From NCBI GenBank assembly GCA_043228905.1, contig JBHGNT010000002.1, forward strand, positions 17,608,001 through 17,672,000: a DNA stretch of 64,000 nucleotides, written 5' to 3'. Of this stretch, positions 22,027 to 35,300 are shown one piece after another; within the stretch, counting starts at the first letter, position 1; each line of letters opens with the position of its first letter. Both the position numbers and the translations under genes were made by a program. Source of the DNA: Azolla caroliniana (lineage: Eukaryota > Plantae > Polypodiophyta). The notes beneath the pieces were generated by a model. That model had not been told where the DNA came from, did no database searches, and saw only the letters and a program-made list of their open reading frames with translations.

Positions 22027-25000
22027 ACTGTACGATAGGTAGGAAATTTTGCTTCTCCAACAACGGAGGGTGTATGATAGTCAGCATCGTTGCCCGAGAA
22101 AAGACAAGGGCGGAAGTGCGACTTCGAGCGTGCGGAGTTCTCGGCCCGGGCGAGGAAATCAGCGGAGGTGTGGAGGCAGTCTCCTTCGACGACACCTTGG
22201 GAATGCTAAGGAAGGTAGCCGGAGAAGACCTTAACGAAGACCGGACAATACCGGTATGTTCCGAAGAGATGTACGAAGTCATCGCGAACTTCAGTCGGGG
22301 GCTCGGGTCGGATCGGACGGCCCGAGTTAGCACGAAGTACAAGACTGTGGACTGGAAGGTAAGGCCAGTCGCGGCACCCTTACCGGAGGGTAGCGAGTCC
22401 CAAATCAAAGGGGTTGCGTCGGACCCCAGTTTACGAGATCCGACCTGCATAGGACACACCTTCACCGACGGGACGCTCCGGGAGCTCAAGATCGGTGGGG
22501 GCGGGTTCCTACTGCCGGCGGAGGAAGACCGGTTTCGGAGATTGCTTGGAAGGCACGGGAAAGCCTTCGCATTCTGGCCGGAAGAGATCGGGTGCGTAGA
22601 CCTGACAATCGTGGAGCCGATGGTGATATTCACGGTAACGCATGTGCCGTGGAATCTCAAGCCGATTCCGGTACCGAGAGCTCACATCCCGAAGCTGATG
22701 GAGCTATTGAGGCAGAAAGTCGATATGGGTATTCTCGAACCGTCGAGCGCGCCATACTCGAACCGATGGTTTACCGTACCAAAGAAAAACGGAACATTGC
22801 GCTTCATTCAGGACCTGCAGCCGGTCAACAGAGTGACCATCCGGAACGCAGGAATCGGACCGACCATAGACGAGTTTGTGGAGGCCTTCGCCGGAAGGTC
22901 AATTTACTCGGTCGGTGATCTGTACTCGGGGTACGACCAATTCCAGCTAGCCGTAGAGAGCAGAGACATTACGACGATGCGAACTCCCCTCGGCCTAGTG
23001 CGAATGTGTACCCTGCCACAAGGAGGGACCAACTCGGTGGCCGACATGGTGAATGCAATGAACAAAGTACTGAGGGATTGCATCCCGGACATCACCATGC
23101 CGTTTCTAGATGACATCCCTATCAAGGGGTGCCCGGTGGAAGAGAAGGACGAGACACTCGGGCCGGACGGATGCCGGCGATTCGTGGCAACACACATCAA
23201 TGACTGCGAGAAGGTGCTACAAAGGCTAGAGGATGCGAGGCTCACCTTCTCCGGGGAGAAATCGGCCTTCGGGCAATCAGAAATCCTGGTGGTCGGGCAC
23301 CTATGTGGACCATATGGCCGGAAGCCGTCTCCGGCAAAGGTAGAAGCCATCTCCGCGATGAAGACCGACTGCAGCTCGGTTACGGAAGTTCGGAGGTTCC
23401 TAGGGGCATGCGCGTTCTACCACATATGGATCCTGCATTACGCCCATGTTGCGGAGCCACTATACGGGTTGCTGAAGAAGGGGCGAAGATTCGAGTGGCG
23501 AGACGAGCACACGGAGTCGGTCCGGAAGCTGAAGGAAGCTCTTGCGGCAGCATCGGCGCTCCGGAAGGCTGTTTACGAGAAGGCTACCCCGGTAAAACAT
23601 AACGGTGGATACGAGCCCGACCGGGATCGGATGGGTCGTCAACCAAGAAGACGAGGACGGCACCCGGTTCCCGATCCGATTCGGCGCTAAGGTCCTCAGT
23701 GAGCGACAACGTGGTTACGTCCAGGTTAAACGCGAACTCTGGGGTATCGTTTCGGCAGTAAAGGCCGACAAAGACTACCTGATCGGGACAGAAGTGATTA
23801 TCGAGACGGATTGCCTGCCAATTCTCGGCATGGTTTCCGGATGTGCGACACCGGACCTGGCGATGCTCAGGTGGATAGCGTACATCAAGTCCCTGGACCC
23901 AGAAATACGACACATTTCCGGAAAAGACAACGCCATGGCCGACATGCTTTCGAGGGCGAGGTTTGATGACGAGGGCGGCATGGTTTCGGAGGACGAAGAA
24001 GTCGGCGTGGACTTCTTCGAGGCGGCGTACGTGACGACCGATGGGGTGAGCACTCCGGCACTTAACGGCTTCGACGAGAGCAAGTACGACGGCGAGTGGC
24101 TACAGATCGGTGGGTTTCTAAGGACAATGACACCGGATGCGTCGTGGACGAAGGATGAGGCCAACCGGATCCGGAAGAAAGCTTACCGATTCTTTCTCCG
24201 GGACGGATACTTATGGAAGCAACCAAAGAAGAGGAACGGCGTCCCGCTCTGGGTGGTGGCGATGAAGGGAGAACAGGAGGAGCTGCTGACGGCCTACCAC
24301 GACAGCCCTTGGGCTGGACACCGTGGAACGTGGGCCACGTTCGAGAAGATAAAGGGGAAGTACTGGTGGTCGGGACTGTACCGGGACATGCATCCGTTCG
24401 TGACAACTTGCGAGAGCTGTCAGATGCACTCCATAGTCCGACATCGGGACGAGGTTCACCATACGTACACTCCGACCATCCACTTCAAATGGATGGTAGA
24501 TCTGGTGACGATGCTGATGGGAGTAGGACAGATGCGGTATCTGGTCCTGGCTCGGGAAGATCTGACCAACCAGGTAGAACGCCGAGCCCTTCAGAACAAA
24601 ACGACCGCGGCCGTATGTCGGTTCCTGATTGAGGACGTGATATGCCGGTATGGGTGCGTCGGGAAGATCGTGGCTGATCGCGGGGAGCTGGACGCCGAAG
24701 AGGCCAAGGAGCTGTTCGACCGGCTAGGAGTCAAGCTCTCGCTTACCACTGCGTACAATCCGGAGGCGAATGGAAAGGTGGAGCGTGGACACGGACCGAT
24801 CGTCAAGGCGTTAGTTCGGGCATGCGGAGGTCAAGTCGGGTGGCCGCGGCTGCTGCCTTACGCGTTGTGGGCTGACCGAACTACGCATAGTTCGGTAACC
24901 GGATTCATGCCGGCAGAGCTCATGTTTGGGCAGAAGCCGATCATGCCGATGGAACGTACGATCTCCTCATGGGCAACCGTGGACTGGAGAGACGAGATGA

Positions 25001-25430
25001 GCCGGGAGGAACTGTTGACGGCACGCATACGACAGCTCGAGCGAAGACCGGAGGACGTGGAGCAGGCTGCGGAAAAGCTTCGGGTGGCCAGGACGAGGAA
25101 CAAAGCCCGGTTCGACCGGACGCACCGGCGCCGACCGAAGAAGATCGAGGAAGGCGACTAGGTGCTAGTATACGACAGCAGCCTCGACAACCAGCACCGA
25201 GCGACACGGAAGTTCGCAAGAAGGTGGTTCGGGCCTTACGTGGTACAAAGCGCCAACGACAACGGGACGTACCATCTGGCGGAACTCGAGGCACAAGAAT
25301 GGCGATACCGGTAGCTGGGAAGCGGATCAAAGCGTTCAAGAAGCGTCACGACGACGAGCCGGATCCGGTTAACCTGGACCGTGACAACGAACGATCCGAA
25401 ACCGAAGAAGAACCGACGGGCGGAGAATGA
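21960..25430 (+). pseudogene. pol: Copy C Pol ORF2 (RT, RNase H, IN) with private frameshifts and a stop
   Basis: ORFs 22074..23690 and 23605..25161; FLDD, DTSPTG, HHCC, VADRGE, NGKVERG. Confidence 0.92.
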
Positions 25431-26418
25431 AGGTTGGACCGGTTTTCTCCGTCCCAACGCAATTTGGCGCATGCCGGTGGATGCGCGGTTAGGTGGGGGC
25501 AGATGTCGTGAAGAAAACCGTCCACAAGCGGAATCGGTGCACCGGAGCGTAGGAACCGGCTCTTCGTGCACATGCGCCTTATGTTGTACATAGAGGATCC
25601 TAGGCAGGTAGATTCGGTAGGTAGGGAAACGGCTCCTTCCTTACCTATAAAAGGAGGGAGACGAGGAGGGGCGAAGCATCGCGGAGAGTCGAGGACGAAG
25701 TGCTGTCGGTTTGCGGGCGAAGGCTTCTCTCTCTCTCTCTTTCTCTGGTTCGTGAACGCCATAGCTTCCTTCTGTGCAGGTTTCGGGAGGCTCGCGCTGC
25801 TCTGAGGAATACCCGAGTGCTTCCGGCAGCACCTCCAACCTACTCCTTCCTCTCTGTGCGTTTACGAGCAGGTATCGGCATCTGTTCGCCGGCCTGTTCG
25901 GTTGTAACCGACTTCGTGTTTTGTTGCCTTCGTGTTCTTGTTGTTTGTCTTCGTTAATACATACATACATTCGTGTCTTTCTGTGTCGCTGTCCCACTTG
26001 CGTCTTTGCGTCGAAGGGCCGTGTCCCTGTGGATCTACGCTCGCACGAAGAGGGTTTCTTCCCCTTCCTCTCTTGCTCTTTGGTACAGGACCCCCGAGGT
26101 TCCGCCTCATTCCACGCATCCGCGAGGAATACCTCGACAGCGGTACTTCTGTCAGTCCCACGAGGACTTGTATAAATAATGCTACTGAGCATAATTGTAT
26201 GCAAAGAGTGTTTTTATTGTTTTCGAAGATAGCCTTGAAGTTCTTCTCTCCCGTGTACTCTGTGTATTCCCTACCTTCTATGTTTTCTAACGCTTCCGCA
26301 AGTAATCGTTTACATGGTATTAGAGCGTGACGGTTGAGAACCTCTGTAGCTGACAAACGCTTGAAAGCAAACCCTAACAGGTCGTAAAACAGCAGACAGA
26401 GAAGTGCTGGATAGAGGG

Positions 26419-29400
26419 ATGGCTAGCTCGCTCCCTGTGGAGAAACTTGACAGATCCAACTATGCATCTTGGTTGTATAAGATGCACCAGTACCTGCTTG
26501 GGCATGGCTACTGGATTTTCGTCGAAGGAGCCAACGAAACAGCACCTGATGTGGCACATAAGGACTTCCCAGTGTGGGAACAATCAAGCAGAGTGATGTA
26601 CTGCTTTGCGTCCAATGTCGGAGACCAGCTGTTGAGCCACATCCGAGATGCCAAGACGCCGAAGGAGGCTTGGGGGAACCTGAAGAAGGTTTTCGCCACG
26701 AGCAATACAGCCCGGAAGCTACAACTCCGATAGGAGTTGAGCAATGTCCAACAGAAAGACATGTTGGTGTCGGATTACACGGCCCGGATCAAAGAGATCC
26801 GTGACTCACTTGCCTCTATCAACGTTACCATAGAGGAAGACCATATGGTACAGGTCTGTCTTCGGGGCCTAGCATCTAAGTTCAGAGCGTTCTGAACGAC
26901 GGTATGTACAAGGGAGAATACGCCGTCATTTTTCGACTTATAGTTGATGCTCCTTGTAGAGGAGAACAATGTTGGTGCGTCAACTAGCGCACCCACTGAC
27001 AGCCGAATGCTGTACACGGAGGCAGATTGGTCCCATGGGCATGGTGGACGAGGCGGGTCGGCACGCAATGGAGGCGGCCGGCAAGAGCAAGAACGAAGGC
27101 ACAGAGAACGTGCCGACAACGGTTCCGGGACTCCCACGGGCAAGGGGAGTCATGGCGACACCGGAAGACGCCAAGAGAAGTCAACAACGGAATGCTGGTA
27201 TTGTGGCAAAAAGGGCCACAGAGAAAGCGAGTGCTGGAAGAAAACGAGCCGATTCGGACAAATCCGGATCTGGCAAGGCTGGCAAGGATGGCCGGCAAAG
27301 CTCGCACTACGCGAAGTGATCGGGAGGATCCAAGAGCGGCAACGGGCCAGCCTTGGTGATGAAGCACGAGGCGAACTCAATGAAGAAGACCACTTCCAAA
27401 TTGGAGGAAGTGTGGTATGTTGATTCCGGTGCATCGAACCATATGACGAACCACAAAGAGTGGTTCTCCTTTTTGGAGAAATCGGATCAACCGGGAGTAG
27501 TCGAAACCGGAGACAACACTCCTCACCCAATTGTGCACGTCGGAGAAGTCCCTTTGAGCCACGTTGGACAGAAGGGGAAGCTGATGAACGTATTACACGT
27601 TCCGACAATCATGAAGAACCTGGTGTCGGTCGGACAAATCGTCGACCAAGGGATGCAGGTGCGGTTTATGCACTTCGGGTGCTTCATCGAGGAAGAGGGC
27701 CATATTATTGTGCAAGGGCGCACAGACGGGAGGATGTTTATCCTCGACACTAATGACGTCGGCACCGCTCTGTTTGCAACAAGTCAGAAGGTCGAATCGG
27801 ACATCAACCTGTGCCACAAGCGGATAGGCCACATCAATTACCGGAGGCTTCAAGACCTGCAAACGAAACAAATTGTTTTCGGTTTGCCAAAGTTTAGCAG
27901 CCGGAAGGCCCAAGTATGTGAAGCCTACCAACTTGGGAAGCAACACCGGCTTCCATTCCCCACCGAACGTAACTGGAGCCGTAACAAGCTCGACCTTATC
28001 CATTCGGATGTGTGGGGACTGACATAGAATGTTAGTCTTGGTGGGAGTCAATATTTCATCTCCTTCATCGACGACTATACGCGGCACACATGGATCTACC
28101 TCTTTGAGCGTAAGAGTGAAATCTTCGAGTGTTTCCGGAGTCTCCAAAGCATGGTGGAACGGGAATCGGAGAGGAAGATCAAATGCTTGCGGTCGGATGG
28201 CGGGAAAGAATACTTTTCCGGCCAATTCAACAATTATCTACAACAAATGGGAATTCGGCGAGAGTTCAGCTGCAGATACACACCGCAACAAAACGGTGTT
28301 GCCAAGAGGAAGAACCGGTCGCTTATCAATGCGGCAAGGGCAATGCTGGAGGAGAAGAGCATGCCCAAATTCTACTAGGCGGAGGCAGTCCGAACGACTG
28401 TCTACATCCAGAACCGGATCGGTGACAAGGTGTCAGATCACGAGCTGTATTTCGGGCGGAAGCCGAATTTGAGACACCTTAAGATCTTCGGTAGCATTGC
28501 ATTTGTGCATGTGCTGGATGAGAAGCGGAGGAAGCTGGATGCAAAATCGGAAAAATGCATCCTAGTCGGATATGCTCAAGAGCAGAAGGGTTATAAGTGT
28601 TATGATCCCCAGACAAAGCAGATCCGAGTTAGTCGAGATGTCGAGTTCGATGGATCGGCATCATGGTACTACTTATCGGCTCCAACTTCCGAATCCGACC
28701 CGGTGCCGGTGGATGAGGCTAGTGAGCCGGAACCGACCCAGGTAGAGGATGATGAAGCGTGGACTCAGGATGAGAGTCCGGAATCGTTCCGGTTGAGCGG
28801 GCCAAATGAGAGACTGAGTCAATCTGACCAGTCCGATGAGAAACCGGCGACTAGTGGAGACTCTGCCGTGCACTCCCCGCGCAAGGAACCGAGGCGACGG
28901 TTCACGCGCAAAGAGAAGGGGAAGAAGAAGATGCCGGAATTCGAAACCGGCAACGATGAGTCAGATCAGTGTGCATCCAACTCCGGCAAGGAGAAAGGTG
29001 GATCTTCGGCAACGAAGACCGAACTGGCCAAGAAGGGCCTCAAACTAGGTAACAATGAGTTACGTCGGTCCACCCGCCAGAAGGATCCCGTCAAGCGGTA
29101 CGGGTACAATGAGTACATGGCGCATCACTACGCGTACATGACTAAGGTGGAAAAAGTGCATGAGCCAGAGAGTTACGCAGAAGCGGCCAAGGACACCAAT
29201 TGGCATGCCGCTATGGAGGAAGAAATGCGGGCACTTGATGTCAACAAGACATGGGATCTAGTTGACCCTCCTCGTCATTATAAACCGATCTGATGCAAGT
29301 GGATATACAAGGTAAAGTACAACGATGATGGTTCTGTTAACCAGTATAAAACCCGGTTAGTGGCAAAGGGATATGCGCAGACCCACGGAATCGACTACGA

Positions 29401-31255
29401 CGAGACCTTCGCTCCGGTAGCGAAGATGACGACGGTTCGTGTGGTGCTGGCGGTTGCTGCAGCAAGGGGGTGGCATCTTCACCAGATGGATGTGAAGAAT
29501 GCGTTTCTTCAGGGTGATCTTGAAGAAGAATTCTTTATGACTCAGCCCCCCGGCTTTCAATCGGAGATAAACAAGTCGGCGGTATGCCGGCTGAAGAAGT
29601 CGTTGTGTGGCCTGAAGCAAGCCCCTCGAGCTTGGAATGCGAAGATCACACACCGGTTGTGTAAGATGGGGTTTGTGGCCTCCAAATCGGACTCTTCGTT
29701 GTTCATCTGGCAAGGTTCAGCCGGCTCGGTATGTATACTGTTGTATGTTGATGATCTAGTCATCACCGGACCGGGTGTTCCAAAAATCAGCCGCGTCAAG
29801 TCCCTGTTGACGGACGCATTTGAGATGAAGGACCTAGGGGACCTTCATTATTTTCTTGGGATCGAGGTGATCCGAACCCCCGACGACATATTACTCTCAC
29901 AACGACATTACGTCTTGAATATGTTGTACAAGTTCGGCATGACAGAATGCCGACCTGTCTGCACACCCTTGGACCGGAACCATAAGCTCCGTCCCAACTC
30001 TGGTCCAGCCTGCATCAAGAAACGGTTCCGACAAATTGTCGGAAGCCTTATTTACCTGACTATCACACGCCTTGACATCAACTATCCAGTCGGAATGATA
30101 AGTCAATTCATGCATAAGCCGACCGTGGAGGACCTTCAGTGTGCGCAGCGGATATTGTGATATGTAAGCGGCACGAAGGACCAAGGACTGTTATACCGGT
30201 GAGGTATAACCGAAGAGCTCGTTGGTTACATGGATGCCGACTGGGCCGGCGATGCATCAGATCGCCGATCAACCTCTGGTTACATGTTTTCCCTAGGTAG
30301 CACGACTGTTGCGTGGAGCAGCAAAAAGCAACCAACAGTTGCTCTGTCGAGCACTGAGGCTGAGTATCGGGGTGCTATTATTGCCACCTGTGAAGCCATT
30401 TGGCTTTGGCGACTGCTGCAAGACTTACGGATCGAGGTACCGACCCTGATTCTGGTCTACGACGACAACATAAGCAGCATACAACTCGCCAAGAACCTTG
30501 TGTTCCATGCTCGCACGAAGCACATAGAAATGCATTATCACTTTGTGCATGAGTGGGTCCTGAGCGGTGAAGTTGAACTACGGTATGTTCACACGGATCG
30601 GTAAGTTGCCGACATCTTCACCAAGCCGCTCGGATCGGACAAGTTGCAGCACTTTACCGACATGCTTGGTGTTCAGCATCTTGACGGGCCACACTTGAGG
30701 GGGAGAACGGGCAGAGACACCAAAATGGGCAAAGGCAAAGAGACTGCCGATTGCGCCGGTGAGGGAAGAACAGAAGGCGGCAGAGTCAAGAAGGACAGAG
30801 TCGACTGAAGGAAGAAGGCCAAGACCCAGACATGGTCTGATGTGGTGAAGGTCTTGGAACCAAAAGACGAATCGGGAGCAACTGATTCAGACAAGAGCTG
30901 GAACAAATCGGAGACAGTCGATTCAGTTCAAAAGATAGATTCAGAAGAACCACATCAAATCAAGGCCAAGTAGACACGGATGCAGCGGAAGTCGATGCCA
31001 TCGAGGAGAAACCGACGGATCGATAAGTGCCGGAGTCATAGCAGCGAAGGAGCTGAGAGGGGCCTATTGAGCAGACATACTGACCGACAAGGTCGAGGCG
31101 CGCAGAACAAGAGGGGTCGCGGCAAACAAAACCGGACCGGACGAGGAGCGCGAGCAAGGCGAAGCGATGCCAGGAGAGGTCGGTTGGAAGAACTGGCTGC
31201 CACAGAGACTGACACTAAGATCCAACCTCAAGTTGAGCTTGAGGGGGAGTGTTGA
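26419..31255 (+). pseudogene. gag-pol: Copia-B gag-pol, disrupted
   Basis: CWYCGKKGHRESEC, WYVDSGAS, YVDD, DADWAG; ends PQVELEGEC. Confidence 0.93.
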
Positions 31256-32332
31256 GCGGCAAGCTCAACTGGAGACGGATCGGCTGAATAAGCCTCAGCC
31301 GGCAAACGAGACAGATCGGTAACCTGTGAGCAACCGAGCCGGCAAGCAACAGGGTCGGTGAGCTAGGGAGCCGGTTAGCCGGATCCAATCAATAACCGGA
31401 AGCCTAGTATTAGCGTAGACTACTAGGCAATTATAGTCTCATAATAAGTGTCAGATGCTCATGTGAGCATTGAAGTACGCTGTCGGGATATTACGCAAAT
31501 GCGTGTGGAAACGAGGCGGGACCGCGGGGGTCTCGAACCAAAGAGCAAGCAAGGGAGGAGAAAGAGAGAGAACCGGCTACGCGGGACCGGGGATACGCAG
31601 GGACACGGCCCTCAGCACGGAGAACGCGACAGACACCGACACAGACAGATGCGAATGGCTAAATATGTATATTAACAAAATGGCTAGCACGACTACAACC
31701 CTCGATGGGCGCAGGTTGGTTACAACCGAACAGGCCGGCGAACAGATGCCGATGCCTGTTCGCTTCGACGCACAAAGGGGGGAAGCAGGCCGGAGGTGCT
31801 GCCGGAAGCACTCGGGCGTTCCTCGAAACAGCGCGAGCCTCCTCGGAACCCTGCACAGAAAGCTATGGAGCTCAGGAAGGAAGGAAACAGAGAGAGAAGC
31901 GTCCGGAAACGGTCCGACAGCACTTCGTCCTCTCTGCGCCCGATACCTCCAACAGCTCTTTCCTGCTCCTTTTATATGCCGTTGAGCAGGCCGTCGTGTC
32001 AGCTTTATTCCCTGTCCCTTTTGAACAGGGATCTCCTCTGTCCTTCACGCATCCGCGTAGTTACGCCGCCGACTCGTACAGTTCGCGCGCGTGACCGAAA
32101 AGACTGTTCGCGCGGTCTTTGTCTCCACTCGTGTTAGGGCCCGTTCCTCCGATTATCCCCCTAATTCGATTCTATGTACTACTTGGAGCGTGCGCGCGTG
32201 AAGAACCGGTTCCCACGCCTCGGTGCGCCGATTCCGCTTAGGGACGGTTTTCTTCACGACATCCGCCCCCACCTAACCGCGCATCCTCCGGTATGCGCCA
32301 AGAGAGTTGGGACGGAGAAAACCGGCCCGTCT

Positions 32333-35300
32333 TCATTCCTCGTTTTCGGATCGTTCGTCACTGCCGACTAGGAGAGCCGGGTCGGGCTCGTCGTCGTGTC
32401 GCTTCTTGAACGCTTTGATCCGCTTCCCTGCAACCGGTATCGCCATTCTCGTGCCGTCGAGTTCCGCCAGGTGATATGTCCCGTTGCCATTGGCGCTCCG
32501 TACCGCGTAAGGCCCAAACCACCTTCGTGCGAACTTCCGTGTAGCTCGGTGCTGGTTGTCGAGGCTGCTGTCGTAGACGAGCACCCAGTCACCTTCTTCG
32601 ATCTTCTTCGGTCGGAGCCGGTGCGTTCGATCGAACGTGGCTTTGTTCTTTGCCCTCGCCACCCGGAGCCTTTCCGTAGCCAGTTCCACGTCCTCCGGTC
32701 TCCGCTCGAGCTGTCGTATACGCGCGGCCAGCAACTCCTCCCGGCTCATCTCGTCCCTCCAGGCGACCGTTGCCCACGAGGAGATCGTCCGTTCCATCGG
32801 CATGACCGGCTTCTGGCCGAACATGAGCTCCGTCGGCATGTACCCGGTTACCGAACTGTGCGTGGTCCGGTCTGCCCACAAGGCATAAGGTAGCAGCCGC
32901 GGCCAGTTACCGACTTGGCCTCCGCACGCCCGAACCAACGCCTTGACGATCGGCCCGTGTCCGCGCTCCACCTTCCCATTCGCCTCCGGATTGTACGCAG
33001 TGGTGAGCGAGAGCTTAACTCCGAGCCGGTCGAACAGCTCCGCGGCTTCTTCGGTGTCCAACTCCCCTCGATCAGCCACGATCTTCCCGACGCACCCGTA
33101 CCGGCATATCACGTCCTCGATTAGGAACCGACATACGGCCGCGGTTGTTTTGTTCGGGAGGGCTCGGCCTTCCACCTGGTTCGTCAGATCCTCCCGTGCT
33201 AGGACCAGGTACCGCATCTGTCCTATCCCCATTGGCATCGTCACCAGATCTACCATCCATTTGAAGTGGATGGTCGGAGGGTACGTAGGGTGAAGCTCGT
33301 CCCGGTGTCGGACTATGGAGTGCATCTGACAGCTCTCGCAAGTTGTCACGAACCGATGCACGTCCTGGTACTGCCCCGGCCACCAATACTTCCCCTTCAG
33401 TTTCTCAAACGTAGCCCATGTTCCACGGTGTCCAGCCCAAGGGCTGTCGTGGTAGGCCGTCAGCAGCTCCTCCTGTTCTTCCTTCATCGCCACCACCCGG
33501 AGCGGAGCGCCGTCCCTCTTCTTCGGGTGCTTCCATAGATAGCCATCCCGGAGAAAGAACCGGTACGCTTTCTTCCGGATCCGGTTGGTCTCGTCCTTCG
33601 TCCATGACGCATCGGGCGTCATTGTCTTCAAAAACCCACCGATCTGCAGCCACTCCCCGTCGTACTTGCTCGCGTCGAAGTCGCTAAGCGCCGGAGTGCT
33701 TGTTCCGTCGGTTGTTACATACGCAGTCTCGAAGAAGTCCGCGCCGACCTCTTCGTCCTCCGAAACCATGCCGCCCTCGTCATCGAATCTCGCCCTTGAA
33801 AGCATGTCGGCCATGGCGTTGTCTTTCCCGGAAATGTGTCGTATTACCGGGTCTAGGGACTTGATGTACGCTATCCACCTGAGCATTGCCAGGTCCGGCG
33901 TCGCGCATCCGGAAACCATGCCGAGAATCGGCATGCAATCCGTCTCTATGACTACCTCCGTCCCGATCAGATAGTCCTTGTCGGCCTTCACCGCCGAGAC
34001 GATACCCCAGAGTTCGCGTTTAACCTGGGCGTATCCTCGTTGCCGTTCGCTGAGGACCTTCGCGCCGAATCGGATCGGAAACCGATTGCCGTTCTCGTCT
34101 TCTTGGTTGACGACCCACCCGATTCCGGTCGGACTCGTGTCAACCGTTATGTACACTGGGGTGCCCTTCCTGTAGGCGGCCTTTCGGAGCGCCGGTGCTG
34201 CCGAAAGAGCCTCCTTCAGCTTCCGGACCGACTCCGTGTGCTTGTCTAGCCATTCGAATCTTCGCCCCTTCCTCAATAACCCGTATAGCGGCTCCGCAAC
34301 GTGGGCGTAATGCGGGATCCATATGTGGTAGAATGCGCATGCCCCCAGGAATCTTCGTACTTCCGTGACCGAGCTGCAGTCGGGCTTCATCGCGGAGATG
34401 GCTTCTACCTTTGCCGGAGACGGTTTCCGGCCATATGGCCCACATAAGTGTCCGACCACCATGATTTCCGACTGCCCGAAGGCTGATTTCTCCCCCGAGA
34501 AGGTGAGCCTCGCATCCTCTAGCCTTTGCAGCACCTTCTCGCAGTCGTCGATGTGCGCCATCACGAATCGCCGGCATCCGTCCGGCCCGACCGTCTCGTC
34601 CTTCTCTTCTACCGGGCATCCCTTGATCGGGATGTCGTCTAGAAACGGCATGGTGATGTCCGGGATGCAGTCCCTCAGCACTTTGTTCATCGCATTCACC
34701 ATGTGGGCCACCGAGTTGGTCCCTCCTTGCGGCAGCGTACACATCCGCACTAGGCCGAGGGGAGTTCGCATCGTCGTAATGTCTCTGCTCTCCATGGCTA
34801 GCTGGAACTGGTCGTACCCTGAGTATAGATCACCGACCGAGTAAATCGACCTTCCGGCGAAGGCCTCCGCGAACTCGTCTATGGTCGGTCCGATCCCTGC
34901 GTTCCGAATGGTCACTCTGTTGACCGGCTGCAGGTCCTGAATGAAGCGTAATGACCCGTTTTTCTTTGGTACGGTAAACCATCGGTTTGAATACGGGGCG
35001 CTCGACGGCTCGAGAATGCCCATATCAACTTTCTGCTTCAACAGCTCCATCAACTTCGGGATGTGAGCTCTCGGAACCGGAATTGGCTTGAGATTCCACG
35101 GTACATGCGGTACCGTGAATATCACCATTGGCTCTACGATCGTCGGGTCTACGCACCCGATTTCCTCCGGTGAGAATGCGAAGGCTTTCCCGTGCCTTCC
35201 GAGCATTCTCCGAAACCGGTCTTCCTCCACCGGCAGTAGGAACCCGCCCCCACCGATCTTCAGCTCGCGGAGCGTCACGTTGGTGAAGGTGTGTCCTATG

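Larger units (their letters stand above)
19176..26139 (+). mobile_element. Gypsy-W copy C, full length, lightly decayed
   Basis: 636-bp LTRs 19176-19811 and 25504-26139 (about 7 transitions by eye); TSD GCGG/GCGG; PBS 19816-19832. Confidence 0.95.

Noticed and set aside
21969-22074. Ogre-type intron or non-coding spacer between PR and RT
   Set aside because: The gap in the ORF track is open and conserved at protein level in the -1 frame (FLER..AWG..P), with no stop-rich spacer.
23585-23610. Second programmed frameshift inside copy C Pol
   Set aside because: Copy D is continuous here; this is a private 1-nt insertion.
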